Assembly (NCBI GenBank): GCA_963726195.1
Contig: CAVSBO010000005.1
Location: 96,001 to 160,000, forward strand
Length of the DNA stretch: 64,000 nucleotides
From: Candidatus Thorarchaeota archaeon
GTDB lineage: Archaea; Asgardarchaeota; Thorarchaeia; Thorarchaeales; Thorarchaeaceae
Reading direction: 5' to 3'
The notes beneath the pieces are model-generated. The model was not told the origin of the DNA, did not search any database, and saw only the letters and a list, made by a program, of their open reading frames with translations. Numbering within the stretch: position 1 is the stretch's first letter; each line of letters begins with the position of its first letter. Shown in pieces: positions 19,328 through 27,041 of this stretch. The translations under genes and the position numbers were made by a program.

Positions 19328-20614
19328 CTATTTAGTATAGACGGCAATCTTGTTGCCCTTATCAAAGACGAGTATCTTCGTCCTTGAATCTTTGGCAATC
19401 CACTCATCGACAACAGCCTGTGGGTCGTCTACCTTCTCAAGATGTGCCGCTTCAACCGTCTGAGCGTCCAGATTGGTGTACATTTTCACGCAACTGATTC
19501 GTTTGAGCAGCTCTGCAAACTTGTACGCCTTGTGCTCGTATAGATGGTATTGACCGTGAATGGTACTGAGCACCTCGTCGAGCGGAGCGGTTAACTTGCG
19601 GTAGAAGTTCTCAATGGCCTCTTCTGGCGCAACGCCATCCTTGCATTCGGCTATCAACAGAATCTCACCGCCATCGGCAACTGCATTCTTGGTCAGCTCA
19701 ACTGCCCTTTGGGCATGATAGAGACTCTTGTCTTCAGGATAGCCGCCGGGAGAAACTATGATTCTCGGCACCGGCCTGACACAGAAACTGTCCGTTTTGT
19801 CGACCGACTCGATGCCGCCCTCTATCACGGGCTTGAGGAGTCCGGCATCAGCCCAGACTAACTTATTGTCATCGGAAACGACTGCCAGTGCGAACGCCTT
19901 TGCCCCCTTGGTGATGATTTCCATCGCTTCTCTCATGTCATCAGCAAGCGGGTTGTCTCGTCTATTGGGGTCCGGATGATATGGGTGTCGTCCGAATGTA
20001 GACCTAGGATCCAAAGCCATGGCATGATTCGCTTCGATTGTCGCAAAGGCGCAGACTCCCGGGAGGAAATCCTTCAGAGCATTTGAATACCCACCGAAGT
20101 AGTGAGCTTTCATATCGGAAAGTGCGACATAGACATCATGACCAGCTGCTGCCGAAGAGATGATGACGGGCGTGCCTCTGCTTGTTGTGCCCAAGTTGAC
20201 TACATCGGTATCATGACAGTCATTAATCTTAACTCTGAAATTAATCAGGCCCGCATCCTTTGAGGCCCGGTTGATCATATCAACAATCTCTCGGTTCCCT
20301 GGATGCTCGACCTCGTGAGAGCCGGTTGTTATAATGAATTGAACATGGCTGGCGTCTCTTAGTGATGGCATGACGGCATTGATGAGTTCCCAGCGAGGCT
20401 CTTCCCTCGTATGATCCTCGACGAGGACACAAACACTCTTGCTCTTTGTCAAACTTGCCAATGAAGGGCCATGGGGGTTTTCCATTACATGTCTTAGTTC
20501 GTCTAGAGTATTTCCCCTGACCTGCGGATTCTTCGGCGCAAGCACGCCTGCTAGATTTCGCTTTGGTATCTCAATCTGCACTTCTCCGCTGCCGTTTCTC
20601 AAGCTTACTTTCAA
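19328..20614 (-). CDS. larA: Lactate racemase (LarA) family nickel-pincer epimerase
   Basis: EDHTR, TGSH, HYFGGYSNALKDFLPG, EANH, SPGGYP; TTG start inferred at 20614. Confidence 0.82.
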   Translation of the reverse strand: MKVSLRNGSGEVQIEIPKRNLAGVLAPKNPQVRGNTLDELRHVMENPHGPSLASLTKSKSVCVLVEDHTREEPRWELINAVMPSLRDASHVQFIITTGSHEVEHPGNREIVDMINRASKDAGLINFRVKINDCHDTDVVNLGTTSRGTPVIISSAAAGHDVYVALSDMKAHYFGGYSNALKDFLPGVCAFATIEANHAMALDPRSTFGRHPYHPDPNRRDNPLADDMREAMEIITKGAKAFALAVVSDDNKLVWADAGLLKPVIEGGIESVDKTDSFCVRPVPRIIVSPGGYPEDKSLYHAQRAVELTKNAVADGGEILLIAECKDGVAPEEAIENFYRKLTAPLDEVLSTIHGQYHLYEHKAYKFAELLKRISCVKMYTNLDAQTVEAAHLEKVDDPQAVVDEWIAKDSRTKILVFDKGNKIAVYTK

Positions 20615-20728
20615 GTCTGATGCCCAATCTAGGTTGCACTGAGTTGCTGAAAAGGCTTCACTAGTATGCACTCTGTTCAATATTGCATACCGAAACTGAT
20701 ATTCACAAATGTCGCCGAGAATGGGTCT

Positions 20729-21070
20729 ATGGAGAACTCGGCGAACCGGGAACAGAGCGGGTTCGGCGGTGCTGGCAAGTACTTGGCTGTGGCCTCTGAG
20801 CTGCCCTGCACAATCGTGGCAATGCTTTTCGCCGGGCAAATAGTGGGAGCCTCCATATGGGGCGTACAAGGTGGCGTCTGGGGCGCTATCATAGGAACGG
20901 TTGCGGGATTCATCCTAGGTGCCTATGGGGTGTACGTCACGGTGGGCTACTTTGATAGATTGGAACGAGGCACTCACCTGAAGGGCAAGTATATGCCGAC
21001 TCCTGATGAGATAGCTGAGGATGTCGTCTTCCGTCTAGATGAACAAGAGCCCGATGGTTCTACTTCGTGA
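20729..21070 (+). CDS. Small two-TM protein, AtpZ/AtpI-like
   Basis: YLAVASELPCTIVAMLFAG...GAIIGTVAGFILGAYGVY resembles the ATP synthase gene-1 pattern. Confidence 0.5.
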   Translation: MENSANREQSGFGGAGKYLAVASELPCTIVAMLFAGQIVGASIWGVQGGVWGAIIGTVAGFILGAYGVYVTVGYFDRLERGTHLKGKYMPTPDEIAEDVVFRLDEQEPDGSTS

Positions 21071-21680
21071 ACTCCGAATCGTCTGAGTCGAGGACTCCGG
21101 TTATGATCTTCGACGCGTTTCTTCCAACGCCTGCGATTATGATCTGGATCAGGAGAGCTATGAAGAATGCACCTAGGGCCCATGTGAAGAGGCGCAGCGA
21201 AATGGAGTTGTAGGGAGCTACGAAGGGGTAAAGGATATCCTTGTCCAAGAGGTACCAGATATAGAACCCGGTCACTCCCATCAAGACAGTCAGAATCGCA
21301 TACATATACACGACAGTCTTCACTCGCGGAGTGTCCAAGCGAACCGTCTGAAGAGTGGGTCCTGTTACTGCATCACCTATGCGTCGCGATCCTCGAATGA
21401 AGATGCTTATTGCCGCGAGGAATATGCTTAGAGTCAAAATGCTGCCTATCAACAAAAGTAGTATCTGTACGTCAGTGCTTAGTCCCGGGATGATTCGCGC
21501 GACGTAGAACGCCGCGAGTGACCCTAACATCACAATGACCGACAGGATCTCAACAACGAAGCTGATAATCGCCGAGCTTCTGAACAAGCTGCCGATATCG
21601 AAAACCTCTGAATGCTCGCGTGCAGCTGACTTGCCTTCACCTGTCGTCTTGTTCACTCTCGCGATTGGAGTAACTGCCAC
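21060..21680 (-). CDS. Four-TM hypothetical membrane protein
   Basis: Four hydrophobic helices, GTG start. Confidence 0.75.
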   Translation of the reverse strand: MAVTPIARVNKTTGEGKSAAREHSEVFDIGSLFRSSAIISFVVEILSVIVMLGSLAAFYVARIIPGLSTDVQILLLLIGSILTLSIFLAAISIFIRGSRRIGDAVTGPTLQTVRLDTPRVKTVVYMYAILTVLMGVTGFYIWYLLDKDILYPFVAPYNSISLRLFTWALGAFFIALLIQIIIAGVGRNASKIITGVLDSDDSEFTK

Positions 21681-21815
21681 TTATGTCAACTACCCGCGAC
21701 TAAAGTCGTAGGCTTGCCACTGCGATCCGCGGTAGGAACTCCACCTCGTCATTTCGCGCGACATTCGGGCGGTTGACTTGCGCCCTCCCGACCACAGCAT
21801 TGCCACGGTCGGACG
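21665..21815 (-). ncRNA. Putative TnpB-type reRNA/omegaRNA scaffold plus flank-derived guide
   Basis: TTTAAA at 21840-21845; hairpin 21788-21812; GGGCGCAAGTCAACCGCCC stem; right-end hairpin. Boundaries are inferred. Confidence 0.5.
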
Positions 21816-21911
21816 TGATTCTTCAGTCTCAAGCTCACATTTAAACTCGTATGTCACGGGCGGCGATTCCTCCCCCAACTGAAGTTGGGGGTCTCCTCGC
21901 CGCGTTTCTCT
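21685..21911 (-). mobile_element. Non-autonomous IS200/IS605-family derivative (227 bp, no tnpA or tnpB)
   Basis: Left-end hairpin CCCCCAACT-GA-AGTTGGGGG (21872-21891) inside a GCGGCGA/TCGCCGC stem; right end CAAGCCTACGACTTTAGTCGCGGGTAGTTGAC on the minus strand; TTCAT 5' of the left end; no target duplication. Confidence 0.8.
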
Positions 21912-22024
21912 ATGAACTCTTCTTTTGGCTGCTCACGGGTTCTTTGTCAGAGGATGAGTTTATATGTTGCGTCCAGGCTGCAGGCCTCGTTTCCCCCATG
22001 ACCAGAGAAGGCGGTCTATGGAAC

Positions 22025-23089
22025 ATGGCCACCAAGGCTGCAAGTGAATATGCATTCGTCAACGCCCGGATTCGCGGCATCAAGTCGTACTTTCTGCCTG
22101 TCGGTGAATACGAGCGTCTGTTGCAGTCAGGTAGCTACGAGGATTTCATCAAGCTTCTTGCAAACACGCACTATGGACCAGTTATGCAGAGAGAGTCTCC
22201 TCAAGGCATGCCCATGCCAGACGAACTGGCGATTATTCTCTCGAAGGATTTCGTTGAGGTCAGCTATAGCATCTCGCGGTCTCTCACGGGAAGAGTCAGC
22301 TGATTTTACGCGGGCATACACAGGCATGTTCTTGGCTGAGAGCCTAAAGTCTCTCATTCGCGGAGTACATGTCGGTCTGGAACGAGACGAGATACTCAGG
22401 TTCTGTGTACCTACCTCCCCGGCACAGGCGGAGGTGTTTTCTCAGCTGGCAGATGCCGGGTCGATTCAGAAGCTGATTGACGTTGTACCTTACCGAGACG
22501 TGAAAGTGGCATTGCTCACAAGGCTTCCTGCGTACGAAGAACTTGACTCAACTGCACCACTCGAAGTAGCTCTTGAGGAATGGTTCCTTAGATCTGTTCT
22601 CGAAGCTCTGAGAGCTTCCCAATTGAAGACCGACGACGTGTGATGAATCTTCTTGAGACTCGGGTTGATCTTCGAAATGTCATGACCATGCTGCGCGCAC
22701 TTGTGCTAGGGCTGGACGCGCGCGCAGTTGAGATGTCATTGGTCCGGTTTACGTTTAAGTCGAAAGCGTTGGTGGAATCAATGAGGGGTCAGACTTCTTG
22801 GCGAGATGTGTTTACGCGGCTAGAGAAGACGAAGTATGCGCAACTCGCAGGCAGGCTTGCCCGGCTGTACGAGGACAGTCAAGATCTGGCGAATGTGGAA
22901 TTGGCGATTGAAGATTACATCGCGCAGCAGGTGAAGCTTCTTATGAGCGCTTTCCCGTTCCACCCTGGTACGATTCTAGGCTTCTTCAATTTGAAGTTCT
23001 ATGAGATTCGAAACATCCGGTCAATTGCTGTGGGAATCGAACGAGGCGAACCAACTGATACAATAAGACGCATGATTACAATTTGGTGA
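22025..23089 (+). CDS. atpC: A/V-type ATP synthase subunit C (V0 d-like), two apparent frameshifts (~22297 and ~22590-22640)
   Basis: YAFVNARIRG, THYG, C-terminal LKFYEIRNIRSIAVG spread over three consecutive ORFs. Confidence 0.87.
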
Positions 23090-23105
23090 CGGAGGACAAG
23101 ACCCA

Positions 23106-23510
23106 TTGAATCCTAATACATCTATAATCAAATCTGTTGCAATGGTTGCATTCTCTACGCTCTTTGCCACGCTGATGTTAGTCTCTTCGATGTGGTTTGT
23201 CAAATCAGCAGCCGTGGGTTCATTGAGCTTTCAGCCAAGACCGATTCTGGAACAACTGATTGCCGAACCGAGCGGATGGGCAATACTCGGTGCCGCAATA
23301 GGCGCGGGCTTGGCCGTTGGTCTCGCGGGTGTAGGCGCGGGCCTAGGCATGGGAACTGCTTCGGCAGCGGCACTAGGCGCCATTACGGAGAAGCCGGAGA
23401 CCTTTGGTAAGAGCATTCTGTATGTTGTGTTCATTGAGGCTATCGCAATCTACGGATTCGTCATTTCATTCCTTTTGCTCGGGTATATTCCGACCCTGAT
23501 TGGAGCATAA
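23106..23510 (+). CDS. atpK: A/V-type ATP synthase proteolipid subunit K/c (single hairpin, N-terminal extension)
   Basis: GLAGVGAGLG...EKPETFGK...FIEAIAIYG with the carrier Glu; Ala after Glu, so no Na+ E-T/S signature. Confidence 0.93.
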   Translation: MNPNTSIIKSVAMVAFSTLFATLMLVSSMWFVKSAAVGSLSFQPRPILEQLIAEPSGWAILGAAIGAGLAVGLAGVGAGLGMGTASAAALGAITEKPETFGKSILYVVFIEAIAIYGFVISFLLLGYIPTLIGA

Positions 23511-23646
23511 GAGGCTGAGTGACTTCATTCAGAGGCGATGGACTCTTCGGACTGGCTTGGGGTCCAGTGACGAAGGATAGAATGAACCAGCAACGCCTTC
23601 TTGCAGGATTGCGATTGAAGACGGAGTGCCGAGCTCCTACAGGATT

Positions 23647-24276
23647 CTAGTCAGGCTTTGCTTTCTCAGTAAACAGTATCTTTGCAGCGGCGTCCCTGAT
23701 GGAGCCCGCAAGTCGCTGTGCACGAGCTTCAAGGGTATTGTCCACGGACTTCAAGTGGTCGGTTGTCCTGATTATTAGGCCGCCCGATGACCTGATAGTA
23801 TCCTTGGCGATAGTGACAGAGACCTTGTCTCCAGTGGCCTTTGTGATCGCTCTAGCAACCTCAGCTACGTCGATGCTTGTTTTCATCTTCTGTGGCAGCA
23901 CAAGTTCCAATGATTGAGTGCCTAGCGCCACTCCTCCGTCCACAGCGAGCCGATTGAGGATGTCTTTGCTTTTCTTCCCTTCAATTTCCTTTGTTGCTAC
24001 GGTAGTCGCCGAGTCGAGGACATCTTTGATGACAATCTCTTTTGCATCCAGCATCCTGTACTTTGCCTTGAGCTTTGCACTTGCCTCTTGCCTAGCCAAC
24101 TCGGCTTTGAGTTCCTTCTCCGCCTTGGCTGTTGCTGAATCAGTGATTGCGGCTGCCTTGTCCTTTGCCTCTTTGAGCCGCAGTTCTCTGAGTTCTTCAG
24201 CCTCTTTCATCATCTTGTCTGCCTTTTCCGAAGTCTTCGTCTCAATGAGGTCAAGTATGCCCTTTACACTGCTCAT
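23647..24276 (-). CDS. atpE: A/V-type ATP synthase subunit E
   Basis: N-terminal coiled coil; SSGGLIIRT...VDNTLEAR. Confidence 0.88.
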   Translation of the reverse strand: MSSVKGILDLIETKTSEKADKMMKEAEELRELRLKEAKDKAAAITDSATAKAEKELKAELARQEASAKLKAKYRMLDAKEIVIKDVLDSATTVATKEIEGKKSKDILNRLAVDGGVALGTQSLELVLPQKMKTSIDVAEVARAITKATGDKVSVTIAKDTIRSSGGLIIRTTDHLKSVDNTLEARAQRLAGSIRDAAAKILFTEKAKPD

Positions 24277-24277
24277 C

Positions 24278-24604
24278 TCAGGATTCCTCCCCCAGTAGCA
24301 TCTTAACGACAGTCTGGATCGCAGCGGTTCTCCGGTTGCGTCCGGATTCCTGTATCCTTGACACATAGGCCTCCGTTCCAGAATTCACTTTCTGTTCTAT
24401 CTCTGCTTTCTTCTCGTCAATGTCTGACTTCAAGATGATGGCTGCTTGTTGTGCCTGCCCTTCGGCCTCTTTGAGAATCCGCTTCACTTCTTCTTCGGTC
24501 TGTTCCTTCAATTCTTTGACTCGCCGCTGGGTCTCCTCGATTCTCTTGGCCGCGTCTTCTTCAGCTTGATGAATCGTTTCTATTTCGTCATTGCCTGCGC
24601 TCAT
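24278..24604 (-). CDS. atpH: A/V-type ATP synthase peripheral stalk subunit H/G
   Basis: IETIHQAEEDAAKRIEE, fully helical 108 aa, coupled to atpE. Confidence 0.8.
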   Translation of the reverse strand: MSAGNDEIETIHQAEEDAAKRIEETQRRVKELKEQTEEEVKRILKEAEGQAQQAAIILKSDIDEKKAEIEQKVNSGTEAYVSRIQESGRNRRTAAIQTVVKMLLGEES

Positions 24605-24811
24605 CGTGGAACTCTCCGAAATGGCGAGTTGAGGTTCTCGCGGCTAATCACCTGATAAACATTGACCTGTATTGGCAAATCGTCCGGTGCGAGACTTGTG
24701 GGGCACTACGTTTAAATCAGCCCTGCCCGCGCTGACGTCACTCAGCCTCGTTAGTGTGTGCTTTCGAGGTCCGAGCGTGAAACGAACTCAGATGCCACGG
24801 TGACGGCAGAA

Positions 24812-26998
24812 ATGCGTCTATCAATGAGTCCTGCGAGCATGGTTATCGCCAAGGTGGTCTCACACAGAGACCTCGAGAGGCAGGTAGTGATGGCGCTCGA
24901 GGAGTTCGGCCTTTTCGAGTTCATAGATGTCCGTCATCAAGCGGGTCTCTCCGAGGTCAAAAGATCCCGCGAAGAGGAGACCGTCTACTCGGTGTTCGAC
25001 AGGTGCTCCAACCTTGTGACTTTTCTCAAATTGGACGTTCAGCGTCGTAGTCCTGTCCCGATCGAAATCGATGACACGAGTCTGTCTGGTTCTCTCGATT
25101 ACGTCGGTGGCGTGATCAAGTCTGTAGAATCCGAAGCTCTGGAACTTCAGAAGAACATTGCATCGGCCCGGCTGGAGTTTGACCGACAGCAGAGTACCCG
25201 GGACGTGGCGGCATCATTGAAGCCGCTCGGACTCGACCTCAGTAGAATAGGCACGACTGAGTACACGTTCACGACCGCTGGAGTTATTCCAACTACTCAT
25301 GTCACACAGCTTCAGTGGAGTCTTAGCGAAGTTACGGAGGGAGCGTTTGCTTCAAAGTCAATCGCCGTGCGAAAGGGCATGTCAGTAGCAACCGTTATCG
25401 TGCCTGTCGATCGGAAGCCCGCGGTTCAGCGCATTCTGTCTGCACTGGGATTCGAAGCATTCGAAGTGCCTGAGAAAACAAGTGGGCGCCCCGATGATAT
25501 TGTGCAATCGGCGACAAAGAGAATGGCAGAGCTCGAGCATGAACTCGACGAGCTTGAGTCAAAGAGGAAGTCCATCGCTAGGGAGTGGGGCAATCGCATT
25601 GTCGCTGCTTGGGAGATACTTCAAATTGAGCGCAAACGGATTGAGGTCAAGTCCTTCCTCGCTTATACTGAGCATTCAGTGAAGGCTTGGGGCTGGATTC
25701 CGGAAGGCTCAGAAGAGCGGCTTGAGTCCCTTCTGCGTGAAAGGGTCGGGACCGCTCTTGACGTGAAGTTCGACCGGCCTGATTTTGCAGAGGAAGAGTC
25801 CCCAACATATCTCACTAATCCGTCTTTCATGAAGGCGACAGAGGGCGTTGTAACTGCATATGGTGTTCCGTCGAAACATGACTTGGATCCAACAAAGATC
25901 ATGTTTCTCTCGTTCCCATTGATATTCGGATTCGTGTTCTCAGACGTGGGCCAAGGATTCATCATTCTCCTGATTGGCCTGGCAGCTTGGAGGTCGGTGC
26001 GCAAGGGGCAGAACTGGGGATCCACCATGGGATACTTGCAGGCAGGTGCGCAGGGCTTGATGATGCTAGGCGTCTTTGCGATGCTGGGCGGGCTCTTGTT
26101 TGGCAGCTTCTTCGGTTCCGACACCGTGATACAGCCCCTCTGGCCCCTTTTTGCACACACTCTGTCAAACGGGACGCCCAATCCCTATCGATCTGCACAC
26201 ATGCTGAAACTGTCAATCGAAATTGGTGCGATTCATATCACGCTAGGCATCGTGCTGAACCTGTATAACAAGCTGAAGCATCATTCGTATCGCGAAGCAC
26301 TTGCGGCACTATCATACCTTTGGCTTTATCTTGGCTTCATCAATCTCATATTCGGCGTGAGCTACAACAGTGTGAGTAGCTGGTTCAGTTCCACAGGTGG
26401 AGTCCATCTATGGGTTCCGATCCTGGGTCTCGGTCATGGAACAGGCGACAATGGTATCTATCCCTTGCTACCGATAAGTCCTTTCATCTTTACGATAGGC
26501 ATGTTCATTGTTCCTTTCATTGTGATGGCAGTCTCATCGGCGATGGGCGGCATGGAGGGTGCTGTCACATTCCTCGAGAACAGTATTGGCATGATTAGTC
26601 ACACAGTGAGCTATGCCCGAATATTCGCCTTGAACACAGTACACGTGATACTGAGCAGCGTCTTCATGTCCCTGCCTGCGTTATACGTGATATACTTCCC
26701 GCAGATTTCCATTCTCGGAGTCAACATAATCCCTGCAAGCTTCGCCGTTCAGGAGGCAGGCAAGACGGTGCTGCTTCAACCCCAAATACCTCTGCTTGGG
26801 GCGTTCATAGGGTCCATCATTGTCGGATTCCTCGAAGGGCTTATCTCCTTCCTGCAGACACTGAGGTTGCACTTTGTTGAATGGTTTAGCAAGTTCTATC
26901 ACGCAGGCGGAGTAGCCTTTGCCCCGTACCATGTGATTCGTCTTCACACTCTTGGCTCAAAGGTCGCGTCAGCAACACAGACGCAAATGAACACCTGA
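24812..26998 (+). CDS. atpI: A/V-type ATP synthase subunit I/a
   Basis: YGVP...DPT, FSDVGQG, SYARIFAL (essential Arg), LRLHFVEWFSKFY; start uncertain. Confidence 0.93.
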   Translation: MRLSMSPASMVIAKVVSHRDLERQVVMALEEFGLFEFIDVRHQAGLSEVKRSREEETVYSVFDRCSNLVTFLKLDVQRRSPVPIEIDDTSLSGSLDYVGGVIKSVESEALELQKNIASARLEFDRQQSTRDVAASLKPLGLDLSRIGTTEYTFTTAGVIPTTHVTQLQWSLSEVTEGAFASKSIAVRKGMSVATVIVPVDRKPAVQRILSALGFEAFEVPEKTSGRPDDIVQSATKRMAELEHELDELESKRKSIAREWGNRIVAAWEILQIERKRIEVKSFLAYTEHSVKAWGWIPEGSEERLESLLRERVGTALDVKFDRPDFAEEESPTYLTNPSFMKATEGVVTAYGVPSKHDLDPTKIMFLSFPLIFGFVFSDVGQGFIILLIGLAAWRSVRKGQNWGSTMGYLQAGAQGLMMLGVFAMLGGLLFGSFFGSDTVIQPLWPLFAHTLSNGTPNPYRSAHMLKLSIEIGAIHITLGIVLNLYNKLKHHSYREALAALSYLWLYLGFINLIFGVSYNSVSSWFSSTGGVHLWVPILGLGHGTGDNGIYPLLPISPFIFTIGMFIVPFIVMAVSSAMGGMEGAVTFLENSIGMISHTVSYARIFALNTVHVILSSVFMSLPALYVIYFPQISILGVNIIPASFAVQEAGKTVLLQPQIPLLGAFIGSIIVGFLEGLISFLQTLRLHFVEWFSKFYHAGGVAFAPYHVIRLHTLGSKVASATQTQMNT

Positions 26999-27041
26999 CC
27001 AACGCGTGTGTTGGGATATGGTCTCCGTAAACAAGAAACAG

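Noticed and set aside
21690-22024. ORF 21690-21878 and the N-terminal extension of ORF 21851-22303
   Set aside because: They run through the IS-derived hairpins; atpC homology starts at ATG 22025
22296-22303. Selenocysteine UGA read-through at premature TGA codons (also 17755 and 59307)
   Set aside because: The coding sequence changes frame at these points, so read-through would not restore the protein
23106-23270. N-terminal extension of subunit K as a eukaryote-specific c'' feature
   Set aside because: Signal-like N-terminal extensions occur on other archaeal proteolipids, and this is a single hairpin
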